The notes under the pieces are model-generated. The model was not told the origin of the DNA, did not search any database, and was given only the letters and a program-made list of their open reading frames with translations. 64,000 bases of DNA, taken from NCBI GenBank assembly GCA_977030845.1, contig OZ365115.1, positions 24,986,001 to 25,050,000 of the forward strand, read 5' to 3'. Source of the stretch: Fimbriosthenelais zetlandica (taxonomy: Eukaryota). Position numbers and translations under genes: made by a program. This document shows, piece after piece, positions 38,030-51,409 of the stretch; position 1 is the first letter of the stretch, and each line of letters starts with the position of its first letter.

Positions 38030-38660
38030 GGCATGCTTCTGACGTCACACTAACTGCGTCATAGGGACGCTTGATGACACGCGTCCGGGGGATCTCTGCT
38101 TCTGTGGGGATTCCCTCTGCCTCTCTCTCTCTATGACAGAATTGAACCTGGAAGGGACACTGCCACTGCTGCTGCTGCCGCTGTTGCTTTTCTTGGGAAG
38201 GAGGTGGTGGGAGGGAATCCCTCCTCTTTCCATGCTCATTCAGGCACACTGAATTAAAGCGGGTGTTCATGTGGGTGCTCAGCACTGCAAATCAGATGAT
38301 TTCTGCTCTTTGGAACTGTATTTCTTCAAAGCAATGTACATTAATGTATTTCCCCCCTTTTTCAAGGAGTTCCAATAATGAGAAAGCGTCCCCCTTTTCA
38401 TGGATGGCTCTACCGTTAATACCTTGGCACTGGATAACATAAAATGCTGAAAATGAGACATAACTTCTGGGTATCCACGTCGGCACAGGTTGTCCCAGTC
38501 CTGGCCTCACTCCAGTGTCCTGCTGCCTTTCAGAGGAGGGGAGATCTATGCAAGGGAGATTCCATTGGGGTCTCCCTCCCAGGTGTTAGGAGGGAACTGG
38601 GGAACACCCTCCCACTCACTAAGTGAAGGGAACCCACAAAGGAATGTCCAGGGGGTCTCC
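38030..38660. promoter_or_regulatory. CRE plus NF-kB site cluster
   Basis: TGACGTCA 38040 and TGCGTCA nearby; GGGRNNYYCC matches at 38106, 38554, 38567 and 38651; near-match at 38213. Confidence 0.45.
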
Positions 38661-38999
38661 TGCATGGATACTGTACCGGTGGCTCGAGGAAAGTCTTGTA
38701 TACCACACTGCTTTGTATATATTGTATTTTGAAATTACGCATGTAATCAATGAAATAATGCCTTCAAGCGCTTGCGTACAATCCAAAGCATGGTTGGACA
38801 ATTATAAAAAAACCCTTATAGTAAATAGAAAAAGAGGGTACAATTATGATATTTAAATATAGGGAAAGAGGTGATAATATGAGTTTATGGGTATGGAAAG
38901 ATGGAGCATGAAAAACAAAGGAATTTGATAATCATAATTCAATTCAATTAAAAATGGGATGTTAATCGTTACAGCGTGAGAAATAATGCATATATGCGG

Positions 39000-39022
39000 G
39001 GGGAGGAGAGAGAGACAGAGAG

Positions 39023-39059
<37 letters not shown>

Positions 39060-39230
39060 GAGAGAGCAAGAAAAGGAGAGAGATAGGCAGAGAGTGAGAC
39101 AGAGAGATAGTGGGAGAAAGAGGGGGAGCAACGGAAGAATGAGAGAAAGACAGAGAGAACGATATCATAGGTAGGGAGAGACGTAGAGGGAGATAGGGGA
39201 GGGGGATCCTGTCTGACAGAGAGAATCATC
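39000..39230 (+). repeat. (GA)n microsatellite and purine tract
   Basis: Long AGAGAG run at about 39006-39066. Confidence 0.9.
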
Positions 39231-40534
39231 TTGTCTAGGGGTCAAGAAGCCCTGTACATGCTGATGGTGGTGGGAGGGTATTCCCCCATTGTTGCTGACG
39301 TCATACACCCCTGCCTGGAGCCTCGTTTATTGATCCTGGAGAGCGCGTCACTTCCATGTACTACTACTTAAGGTCCTTCCATGCACCCATGCGTTGTGGG
39401 GCTTTTTCCTTGCGATACTTGCAACTTGTCACTGCAATCTTCGTCTTGTTGGGAGGTCCCTGCCTTCTTGCAGTAGTGGAGCAAGATCTACTCAACTGCA
39501 ATTGCAGAACGAGGCGCAAGAACATTGCACTATTATTGATAGTCAAGAGTGGATCTTTTCCATGCCTCTCACCTTAGGTATATATGGGGAGGCATGACTC
39601 TTTCTCAGGCTAGATAATGCCTCTCACCACAGGCAGTTGGAGACATGGCTGGCTTTTGATGACCCAGTTATCAGCACTTGAGGGTAACATGATAGGCCTG
39701 GAATATAGGCTAGGTCGTAGAAAATGGTCCCATGGGAATTGGGAGATTTCACTACAGACTACTGCTGACTGTTTACGGCAGGACAATTTTAAGTACTAAT
39801 GAGTACTAGCATTTTGTTTAAGGTTTGAGCCCCATAGTCCACAGCCATAACTAGAGCCGAAAAATATAACTGCAAGTGCCACAAGTGTAACAAAGTGCAG
39901 TGGAGTCACCCCATTAAAGCAATACAAATAGGGATCATTTACTAAATAAAGATGCACAGTATCAGCCCCTATAGACTGTTTGCAACTTTAAAAAACAGGC
40001 TGATCTTGTCAATGCGGTGAAATGATAAAAGATAATGCTAAAATGAAAAGAGAGTCGCAAACGCATTTTGTTTGGAGTGACCTTATACGCATAGAGCCTC
40101 GAGTCAGGGGGATTGGGTAAATAGAGAGAGGGTGTGGAGTTGAAAGGCATGCTATAAACGCTTAGAAAAAACACAGAATATACAAATTTAACAGTCAATT
40201 TTGGGCTGTTACAATCCAAAAGAGTATTGCATTGATAGCCAACCAAACAGTGACTGCACAAGCTGCTGTTTTGAAGGTTTTCAAGGGAAGACTTGCATTG
40301 TTTTGTTTAAATCCAAGGCCGCTAGTACAGTATGCTGCAGGTGTAGGATTTCGTCATTGTATTTTGCTGCCGATACTGAAATGTTAAGGACATTGCAAGC
40401 ACATGTATATGCGTATTATTATGTAGATGGGAAGATATTAAGTCATTTATTATCTGAAAAGGAAGCCGGGGTCCGACGTATACATTTTCAGCTGACCTGA
40501 TTGCACGCGCCGGCTGGCGAGGAGGTCAGGAATC

Positions 40535-40582
40535 ACAAGAATGACGTAGGATGATAATTATGACGTCAGACATGCGTCATGG
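40535..40582. promoter_or_regulatory. Triple CRE/ATF-like cluster
   Basis: TGACGTAG 40542, TGACGTCA 40561 and TGCGTCA 40573. Confidence 0.4.
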
Positions 40583-40779
40583 AAGGGCAGGGTGGAGGGT
40601 ACTTGAGGGTGGGAGTGTGGGGAGGAAGGGGAGGGTGGAAAGGGAATGGGGGAGGGTGTAAGGATGGCTGAAGATGGGTAATTGTCGGAGGTACCCTTTC
40701 CAAGCCCCTGGAAGGTGGGAAATATAGCGATTTCTGTGTGGCTTTAGACTGCTTTCTCTATATGTATCTCCTGCTTATA

Positions 40780-40860
40780 GGCTACTGAATACTGGTTAAG
40801 GCTACTGAATGCTATTTAAGGCTACTGAATGTTGTTTAAAGGCTACTGGATGTTGACTGG
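40780..40860. repeat. 20-21 bp minisatellite (AGGCTACTGAAT..), 4 units
   Basis: GGCTACTG(A/G)AT recurs four times at about 20-bp spacing. Confidence 0.85.
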
Positions 40861-40864
40861 ATGA

Positions 40865-41040
40865 CGAGTGAATGAATGACTGATTGGAATGAATGAATAA
40901 TTGAATGCATGCATGCATAAATAAATATTATATATATCATGCACTCATTCATTCATCCACCGGATGAATGGACGGATGAATGGATGAATGAATGGACAGA
41001 TGAACGAATGAATAATGAATGAATGAATGAATAATAGCTT
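40865..41040. repeat. (TGAA/TGGA)n microsatellite
   Basis: Directly visible. Confidence 0.8.
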
Positions 41041-43899
41041 AAATGAATGCATACATGAATAAATATTGCAGCACCTCATTGCCTTCAATGCATCTAGCAG
41101 CATCTATAACACATTTCAATTCTCATATACATGTACATGTACTTCTGTTTGGAGGAACGGAAAAAATATTCAACCCCAATACCATTAGCAAAATATAAAT
41201 GAATGTGTGCACCTATTTCAGATAACCAAGTACCAGAGAGGCATTGTTAATACCATAGCAAATACCATTCTAAACTATTTAAATTATACTTGAATTATTT
41301 GCCGCAATGAGCTATGTACACATCTTAAATTACATTTTGCTAAAAAAAAATAATAAAACGATTAACATGTTTCTTCGTTGCAGCATAGGATGCTATGATC
41401 TAATGTGTTCAAGAAACATTCCACATGACAAAGCCAAGAATGCCAAAAAACTAGAGCCATGCATAGCTGCCCTAACCAATATTTGAATTACTGCCAGGGT
41501 ACATGTGCACTAGATGGGAACAATCCTCTTATATTTTGGGGTAAAATATTTATAAGGGATCCGTCTAAAAGTTTTTCAAAATATACCACTAAATTGTTAA
41601 TCAAATTTATATTAAAAAATAATATACATAGGAGTTATTTTTAAATTATGATGTTGACCTTGAAAAAAGGCTTGAACACTAAATTAAGTACTAATAAAAT
41701 CGTAAGATTGTAAAATTTAGTTCTGAAGTTTTAGTGCACAGTTATTGTTTGTTGATGGATTTCTCAAGTGAGTTTGCAATGGAATTATTGATGTTAAAAA
41801 TAAGCCAAAAATAGACGAAAAATAGTCAGGAAACGTCAGTAGAATATCAGCCTACAGGAAAATGACACTTTAGCTTGTTCATCTGACACGGTTAATAAAA
41901 GACAATGATATCGTTACCAAGGTGATACCATAATAAACAGGCCTGAACATGGATGATGAAATCAGATCCTTAGACAAACAGAGAATCGTGATGTAAACAG
42001 GTGCGCCAGGTGCTTTATAATACATGTATACACACCTAGACCCCATGCGGTATACGTAGATAGACAAATACAAGCGCCTCCCAGATTTATTTGAAATTTG
42101 AATTTCAGTGAGCAATGATTTCAGGGGATTTAATTTATTTGGGCGATGTCTTGAATTAACTACGATATCAGACTGGGGCGATGCCCCCTTTTTTCTTTCT
42201 TTCTTTGGGGGTGGGGGTGGGGGTGGGGGGGGGGGGGGGGGTGAGTAGGGGGCACACAAGGAAAAATTGATATAATACGATTTAAGTCGATAAAAGGTCA
42301 TCCCTTTTGTCCTAGATCTATATCTATAAAATTACATCCATTAAGTTTGAAATTAAAATAAATCTATAAAATTACATCTATTTAGTTTAAAATTAAAATA
42401 ATAAAATAAAACATCCATTAAACAAGATTATCATGCAGATTTAACCGTTGAATTCTTTTGTGACAATTCAGTAATAATACCTCTGTTATAACTGACCATT
42501 TTCTTCAGGGTATGTTCCCACACTGAAGCAAGCAATATGTGGTAACATGCAATCAACATAACTAATTACCCTTCACCTTCAAATGCCCCCTGAATAACCC
42601 AAGAATGCACATTTCCATGGTCACATAGTTATGAATCACAGCGATTCACAACTGCCCGCAAGCATCTTGTTCTGCAAGACAATCTGTCCATGTAAGGAAT
42701 TAACGTTATGCAAGTTTGGCACGAACCTGGACAAAAGTATGCAGCTCGGATTTTTGAGGTAAACCTTGGCACTCGGTGATTCATGTGGCAAGATTGTATA
42801 TTATACACATCACTAATGTCCCGTTTTTTCCTTTGAAACACCAACCCCTTCTTCCCAGCCCAATACTGCACCTGCAAGCCCCCATCCCTGCGCTTCTCCG
42901 TGGCGTTTCAAAGATGCGCACCTTCAAGCAAACGCCAATAACACGAGATTATGTGGAAACCACTCCCTACATATAATAACTGCAATGTATATTTTAGCAC
43001 CCCAAAGGTAAATGGCCATAACCATATCGGAATATCATGTCATTTTCACTAATCTATGTTCTATATTGACAACCAAGCAAGTATTTTTAAACCATTTGCT
43101 AGTCTTTTGGGTTATGTTTCAAACGGATCAAATAATTTCTTACATATATCAAAGGGCAATAAGAATTTTAATTCTTCTTCTTAAAATGTCTTTTGATATG
43201 TAAGGCAATTCCAAATTATCTTTGAGGCATAAAGAACCAAATATATACAAACCCATAGATCATAAATCACACAGGTCTAAGGAAAGGCTGAGGACCTAAG
43301 ACCAGTATGATAATTGCAAGTTATCACCTCATCAAATAGGTTACAAAGTAGCATCTGCTACACATCTGCCAACTCCTATACCACTATTCAAACAGTTGGA
43401 TCTTCTCCAACGGACCCCAGCCCCAGGCTACGGTTCGTTCCCGTTAAGCTTTAACAGTTCTAAATCATAGAATATAGTTTGTGTGTACGTTAATAAGATT
43501 TTAATTTGAAAAAAAACATGTACATGTATACTGAAATCAGCATGAGAAAAGTATGAGATTTGATCGAGATTTGTCCGAGATAGATCTGATAATATGATAA
43601 TTATAGAATTATATTTGGCACAACAAAACGAAGGAAAAGGATAGAAATTGCTATTTTCAAACTTAATGATAAGATGAAAGTTTAGAAAAGTATTTTTAAT
43701 AGTTGTTAATTAAGATTAATCACCACATTCGATTTAACAAGAAATAGATAGGTGAGTACCAAATTTTAGTTGCCAAGAAAGTGACAGATTGTACGAGTGA
43801 CAACTGCATATCAAGGTAAACAAATCTATCTGCCTAGGGGGGCATATTTGTTCACACTAATAATGGGCATAAGAGAAAGCAAAAGCCACAACGATGATG

Positions 43900-44320
43900 C
43901 CTGGTGTGAGGGAGGAAGTGGGGCGAAACAGAGGGTGGGAGAGGAGGGGGAGAGAAGGAGAGGGGGGGGGGGAGGGACATTAGAAGGGAGAGGAAGAATG
44001 GAGAGAAGGGAAGAAGAAGGGAAATGAAAAGACAGAGAACTGAGGGCTAGGGGGATGGGGGAGAGGGAAGGAGAGAGGGAGGGATGAGAAGGGAGAACAA
44101 GAGGGGAGAGAAGGGAGGAAGAAGGGTGGATGAAAAGACAGAAAGGGAGGGATTGAGGGAGAGGGAGGGAGGGAGAGTAAAAAAAGGATAGGGAGAGAGA
44201 TAGTGCTCAGAGATAGGCAGAGAAATTCGAGATGGGGAAGGGAGGGAAATATGGTAAGAGAAAAAACTAAAAACGAGGTAGATAAAGAAAAACGTTGGAA
44301 GATAGGAGAGAGATGGTTGG
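43900..44320 (+). repeat. Purine-rich (GA/GGA) low-complexity tract
   Basis: Almost all A/G; explains ORFs 43980 and 44047. Confidence 0.85.
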
Positions 44321-45102
44321 GAACCCCCTTCTGACTTCCTCTCTTTGTGGATGCTTTGTTTGCGCTGTTCTTGGTAGAAGACCACAAAAATGTTTGACAG
44401 TTGCGACCAGTTGACTGCCTTTGCGGAACTCCCATTTATCTACCTATATTATCAAAGCATTCTTATCATGGACTGGATTCAAATGCAATCATTCTGTGGT
44501 AAGAGGTGCGTGATTACCTATCAGTAATGGAGATGATGATCTCATGAAGTCAAGTATTGTTCCGCAAATTACTTAGTCTATTTTAATCATTTTTATTTCA
44601 TATTTATTATTTGAATATGACCAACTTTTCATACCACATGATATTCATAATTATGAAATTACTAAAGCTCTACTTTATTTGTTCAAGTCATAACTTCGAC
44701 ATGTCGTAGGCCCAAAACTGAATAATTATGTAATTTATGTCTCACCCAATGACATAACATAGGTATAATATTAAAATGGAGCACTCATTTGCCGAGAAAT
44801 TAAAGAGTTCCGAAATAAAGTGAAATTAAAAAATAAATAAATTTAAGGCAATTTCGATAGCCCAGGATAAATCCATGGCATGGGATCATTTTACAATTTT
44901 TCTCCAAATTAAACTCCAACACCCCTTCTCCCCCCCCCCCCCCCCCCCACCCACCGTCCCCCACTCATCCCCATATCAAGGTGACATTCATGGAAAAGAC
45001 ACAAATAAATAGAACATGTTTGAGGTAAAAACTTGGCATAACTTTGGTCTAACGGCCGGTCTTCCTTCCCCTAACCACCACCAGGTGAGGGGGACGGTTT
45101 GT

Positions 45103-45136
45103 GGTCATGTGACCTATATATATTAGTCATGTGACT
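45103..45136. promoter_or_regulatory. Two GTCATGTGAC (CLEAR/M-box-like) sites 22 bp apart
   Basis: GTCATGTGAC at 45104-45113 and 45126-45135, separated by a TA-rich spacer. Confidence 0.4.
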
Positions 45137-47109
45137 TGAGGTTAAGCGAGATCCAGGGGTGCTTTTAAACGGATCCAAAGTGTACCCCATCGTTTTAATT
45201 CAAGCTACCCCCTAATCAACAATAATTTCTGCACATCGCTCAAGCATGAAAAACAGTTTGATATTGCTTTCGGCAGGTGTTTTGGCACTTCTCCGGCTTA
45301 TACTACGTTTCTAATAGGTGACAGAAATGTATTTGGTAAAAACAAACAATAAAACAAGTTCATTATAGTAACACCAAAATGATAACATATATGTTCAGTA
45401 CCGCAATTGTGCAGTGAATCGGGCTAAAACTCAGTAGCAATTGACAATTTTTTTTGCGGTACAATGTAGTCTCATTGTGTTAAGGTGTATTCCAAAATAT
45501 TTCTAAAATATTATTCTAAAATAAGCAGAGTTGTAATGTATGATGCAGGGATGGGAGGTATAGGTCTAATTCTAGTACAAAACTACTATAAATATATCAG
45601 CGAGTTGGATGCATGCCAGGGAACCTGAAGATATGCATCGATATTACTATGTGACATAGATATTAAGACATATCTATAATTAATACAGCTTATAAGAATG
45701 CGAACATTGGATCGCTCCAACAAAATCTATATTTAGCAACATAGATCGCCCAAGACTCTATTTATACACGATTTACTATATATAGTTAGTCATTACTTAT
45801 TGGCATATGCATTTCAAAACGAAATTAACCAGAAACTTAGCATTGCTAAATTCGAATAACGGCCTTTTTGGAATGACGTTCAGGTGTCCCAGTCCTTGCA
45901 ATGTAATTATGCCACGTTTTCTGTAATACATGATTAATTTCAAATTAATTTGGATAATACTGTCACTTGTATTATTAACATGTTTAGTTATAGTCATGTC
46001 ATTTCGACATGATAATTTTTCATTTATATTGCCATGCTTTACCTAAAACTTTCTTGACGATTTCCGATTAATTTGGGCACTACTGCATTATTAATACATA
46101 TTCATTATCATTTTAACTTCATCTTATTTATTACATAAATTCATATTATACTCATTCATAAAATGACTAATTACCTCGTAATCTATAGTTAAATAGCACC
46201 TTATCCTCTTCGCCAAACATTTCTCTCTTTTCAAAAGGTAGATTGGGCGGTGGCAGAGAGGAAGGTGTGAGAAAGGACTAATAGGAATGTACAAGTCCGC
46301 GCCCTAAAGGTATAGGTGAGACCCTCCCAGATCTACAGTCTATAGTCACGATGTTTTCTCTACCTTTCTCCAAGAATCGTGATGGGTGGATGTCTATGAA
46401 AGTGCTAACTCATTGGGAACCCATTCTTTCCGAAAGATCTCTTTTTTGGTTTCAGACAATAGGAACGTTTCAAAATGGCTGCCGAAAAGGGGGATAATGT
46501 TTCATATGTGGTGCCCCCTGTTGCACCAAACCGTCAACATTTGTTTTGATACTGTTGGAAGTAGTTATGAACTTGAAAGTTCAATATACGAAGTACTTTT
46601 TTCTTGATGTAGGCCTATGTCAATTGAGTGTCCGATTGACATACGGTTTGTTTAGACAAATGGCACTGTGTACAGGGTGGTATATTTTGTATCTTTTACG
46701 ACAAAGAAAATCATGATTATTTTGTTTTTCTGTTGTTTTGGGGGAGGACACTGAAGTGCATCAGGAAGTAGTGCATAAAATGGGGGTTCGCCGTAGTGAA
46801 AATGTTGAAAGTTCCAAAATTTGACGTAGAAAATGATAACAACTTTCTAAGGCATCCAAGTGCAAAGCCTCTACTTCAAAATGTTAAAATAATTATCAAA
46901 ATATTACACTGTCATGTATATGAACATTAAATATCAAATCCTGAGCGTCGAAATACTTTATGAAGGAAGATCCAATAAACCATTAATTTCATGAGCAAAT
47001 ATGTTTTATGGGGAAACAGAGAAAATATCGTCGTAGAAGAGCTGCAGCAGTGGAACAAATATATGACTATGTGCACTGGAACGAAGATCTATGGGATCTA
47101 TGGAGAGAA

Positions 47110-47748
47110 ATGGGCAGAAAAGAGAGATAGAAAGAGGGAAAGAGAGAGCAAGATAGACAGTGGGAGATGGAGAGAGAGGTAGATAGATAGAGGGCGCGAG
47201 AGAGAGAGAGAACAAGAGAGAGAGAGAGAGCAATAGTAGGAGAGAGCGAGAGCGAGAGGCGGGGAGAAAGAGGAGAGGCAGATACGGAGAAAAAAAAGAT
47301 AAAAAGATAAATAGCTCATAGGATGACTTGCAATTTAGCTCTTCACTGGATATCAGAGTTTCTGTGATGATTGTGCCACAAAAAGCATGGCAATGACCGT
47401 GACCGTCTTGTGCGTTCGTGAGAACAAACCAAGCAGAACGGACAAAACAATCTAGTTGGAACCAAGTTTTAAAATGTTCGTAAGTGTGGATAACACCCCT
47501 CCCTCCCTTCTCCCTGTCCCAATTCCACTCCCGCCACTCCCCCTATCCCGCTTCCATCACTCCCTCCATCCTTCCTGTCTATCACTCTGTCTAGCTCCCT
47601 CGCCCTCCCCTTCGTCCTCTCTTTTTCTCTCCCTCTTTTTCTCCCCTTGTCTATACCGCTGTCCATCCCCCTCCCCCATTCTCTCTATCTCTTTGTCCCC
47701 CTCTTCCTCTCCCTGCACTTCGTTCTCTCTCCTATGTCTTGCCCCCTC

Positions 47749-47798
<50 letters not shown>

Positions 47799-47815
47799 TC
47801 TCTCTCCCCCACCTG
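47110..47815. repeat. GA tract (47110-47300) and CT tract (47480-47815) in opposite polarity
   Basis: (GA)n-rich, then (CT)n-rich with a pure (CT)n run at about 47752-47794. Confidence 0.85.
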
Positions 47816-49141
47816 CCAATTTATTCCCAGTTGTATTACTATATTGCGCAGTTGGGAGGGGCTAAGTTATTGAGAGAGAGAAACGTAGAAAAGGGGACAG
47901 ATATTATTACTACCACTGGGAGTTTGGAATAACTGGGATTAAATTATATTCCATAATAATTATTATTAAATACCTGTCAAATTGCTATCAAGACGCATTG
48001 GATTCCTATTAAATTTGTTTATAAAATAATATCAATTTCAATAAAATTATTCATCTTAATTTGGAATAACGAAATACGTATCATAACCCATAGTACTTCA
48101 TAAGATGTTTTCAAAAGGGTCAAACCATCAAGAATTATTTTATTTATTTTGATATGACTTTTTAATAAATCATATCATGGATCTTTTTTTAATATTATTA
48201 TTCTTATCGCGGCGGTGGAAATTGTGGAACAAAGGCGGAAATCACACGTCACAAAATAATGAAACGAACAATCTGTGAGTGTCAGGTCTATACTTTCTGA
48301 CCTTCCACTCACAGCCCGATCAGAGTATCGTTGGTGTACTCCGTATTTTGGAATGTAAACTTTGTTTCTTATGTAAGTGTTGGCTAAAAGAGGGCCACGT
48401 GTATCTGTGTCACGCCGAGGAAGACAGATCATAATATATAGCAGGGTATCAATCATGCTGAATTTGAGGTGGTGATAATCTTAAATGATAAACTAGTTAC
48501 ATAATGATTAATATAATTATGTCATACCCCTAATAATCTGTGCTTGATAAACCGAGTAGATCATTATATTTATGTACCGGTAATAAATAAATAACATTTT
48601 GTAATAATATTTTATAGAAGTGATCTTTGGGAGGATCAAGAGGGTAACATAGTCAGGGGCGGGTTCGGGATTTTTTTTTTTTTTTATTTTTTTTTTTTTT
48701 GGGGGGGGGGGGGGGGAGTTGTCGATCAGTCGGGGGGTGTTGGGTCGATAAAGTTCTCGATAAATTGCCCCATACATTCTCAGCCCATACTCCGTTGTTC
48801 AAAAGAATGAGTTATATAAACATGGCGGTTAGTAATGGGTGTAGAGAGACTTGGAAGGCCCAGTACTCACCTTACCCCTGAGTAACCTCACCCCTCCCCT
48901 CACGCCAAATATTACGTCGTGATAAAACGAAATAACAGACTTGCACAGGTCTCAGCGACAAATGGTCAATTTTAGGGTATTTGGCATTATGATAATATAT
49001 ACCTGCTCATATTTGGTGATGGCGAAACAACAATTTTTAATTCAATTTTTATGCTTTTTATGCTGGAATCACCTGATTAATTTTAGCAAATCTTTTCTAA
49101 GATAAGCTTCACAAGAGCTGTTCCAGCAGTAATATTTTATT

Positions 49142-49300
49142 GGTTAGCTCCACTATAGGGTTCTTTGGCTTTCCGATTGTTGTCATTTTGTTCATCTGCC
49201 ATATCTGCCACACCATTCACAAAATAGACCACAACATATTGTATAGGCACCCCTCGTAAAAGAGCAAGCCCTGCTAGTGCAGTTACAATTGCAAGTATAT
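49142..49300. mobile_element. MITE family D, partial
   Basis: GGTTAGCTCCACTATAGGG start; CATCTGCCATATCTGCC and GCAAGCCCTGCTAGTGCAGTTACA internal motifs. Confidence 0.7.
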
Positions 49301-49425
49301 TGTTGCAAGTAAATTGCAGTCAAAACCGTGACACAAAATTAAGGGCAAAGTTAGTTGCAACGCAGTCAGAATTGTTGAAAGTGATAAACATCAACTTGTC
49401 TATCGTAATAGTTGGTTCAACCCTA

Positions 49426-49630
49426 AAGCCTGTACTCCACTGCTGCGATTTTGCTTGCGACACCACAGCGACAAAGGTGATGCTTGTGTGGCAATAAAAT
49501 GTATAAAATTTGGTTGAAGTGTTCAAGGCCTTAAGGCCATCTTTCACTGGTACATTTTTCTTTGCAACACAAGCACCACCTTTGTCGCAATAGTGTCGCA
49601 AGCATAATCGAAACACTGGAGTCCCGGCTT
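49426..49630. mobile_element. MITE family B, full copy with TA target-site duplication
   Basis: TA|AAGCCTGTACTCCACTGCTGCGATTTTGCTTGCGACAC .. GTGTCGCAAGCATAATCGAAACACTGGAGTCCCGGCTT|TA; central AAGGCCTTAAGGCC. Confidence 0.92.
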
Positions 49631-49729
49631 TAGGCAGGGACTAAACTGTCTTGTGTCTGAATGTCACAAGCAGAAAATTGCAATGTGAAATCGCAGTAAT
49701 CGCTCCGCTAAAAAACAAGTTACCCCAAC

Positions 49730-49895
49730 GTAAACCAATACAAAATCTATAATTTGCAGGAGTCCGGAGCAAGTCTCTGCTAGAAAACCACGTGGTCTGA
49801 CCCCGTGCATGTTTTTGTGTCGGTATAAGTTCCGAGAAGAGAGAAAAAACAATAACAGACCAATAAGCGCAATTACATCAATACCAAGATGGCCT
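49730..49895. promoter_or_regulatory. CCAAT / E-box / YY1-like cluster
   Basis: CCAAT 49735 and 49860, CCACGTGG 49788, AAGATGGCC 49886. Confidence 0.25.
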
Positions 49896-51205
49896 TACCT
49901 ACTAAGACAGAATTATAGAAGATTATGAAATAGGTACTGAATCATCAACCATCCTTTGGGAAAAAATCATTGTTTGCAAATAAATATTGACCCCAAGACA
50001 CGAAATCTAAGTTGACGCCCCACTTTTTTTCCTTCTTTTTGTGAAGGAAATCTAACTTGACACGTATAAGGCTTACAAAGTTACAGCGAATTTAATTGGG
50101 AAGTTAAATTATTTATAATTAGAAATATGATAATATGGCAATAATTAACAATACGGTTGGTATTTGTGCTTCGAATTAGCGGCAAATTAGAATTAATTAA
50201 ACGCTCATGTACTTCCATTAATACGTTGCAATTAAGGAAAGTTCTGATCTTTACGTATTATGGTAATGTTTATATAGTTAAATTGGAAACAGTGCTTTTT
50301 AAAAATACGTTATAAATAATAATTATTTATAACCTAAGAACTGTCATCATGAAAATATCATTACCCAAGTCAACATATTAAGTATAAACGATTCAGTCAT
50401 AGAATATTATTATCAATTATTAAAGACAACTGAAAACAGTTTAACACAAAATAATAATAGTTCTGATCACCGAAGACAATTAACATGAAAGATGTTATTT
50501 ATAGAATATAATAATTAATTAGGAATCATGATAAGTAAATCAATTATAAGTAATTAACATAATTATTTAACCTTGTGTTAAGGTGAGTTCAAGTCCATTA
50601 TGTACAATCAATCACCAATTCTCAGAATTGAGAAATGTTCCAAATATAACATTCAAAATCAACAATAATTTAATCAAACCAAGTGTATTGACTTTCAAAA
50701 CCCAAATAAATAGCATGAATAGAACCCACCAGTGCTTGGAATGCGTCCATATTGTTGTAGTACCCACGTGGTTGACTTCTTAGCCTTGCCTTCTTTCTAT
50801 CCATCCTCCGCGCATCCCCTCTCTCCCTCTCTCCACGTGGACCCCGATATCGTAATCCAAAGCCTTGGGCTGCCTGCTACGACTTCTGCAGAGCCTATCC
50901 TCTCTTGATGCTAGGAAAAGCCAGCTATGTGACGGAGATTTCCCTATCCTGAAATCTATGAACCTATGAACGGTTTGCGTCATTTGAACTCGATTCCTTT
51001 GAGTTTGAGTTGAAGGTAAACATTGCTGTGTTGTGAAATTGCAAAGTACTATAGAATGTGTACTTGGATGGGATAGATTCCAAATTGTGATGGCTTGTAA
51101 ATGCATTATAGCAATGGACAATGAGGCAATTGAAATAATTGCAGCAATACTAACAGTGTAGTTCTAATCTCCCAATGTGGTGAGGCCTATAAGGACATGA
51201 TCCAT

Positions 51206-51322
51206 ATAGTGAACACCCCATCGATGTCCATTCCTAAGGACTTGAGGTGTTGTTCCTTCTGACTATGGAATATCTCCATAATAGTGAACGTTTTCCCCTT
51301 TAGTTGTTGAAGTGTTCACTAT
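51206..51322. mobile_element. Small hairpin element (ATAGTGAACAC..GTGTTCACTAT), related to motifs near 28.8 kb
   Basis: 11-bp perfect inverted ends; GTGTTCACTAT also occurs at 28779. Confidence 0.45.
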
Positions 51323-51409
51323 GTTTAGGTTTTACTGCAATGTGTTGTTGTGAATTGAAGGCAAGTCCTGTGGAAGTTTGGGGAAGACATCCCATGTAGG
51401 CCTATGTTG

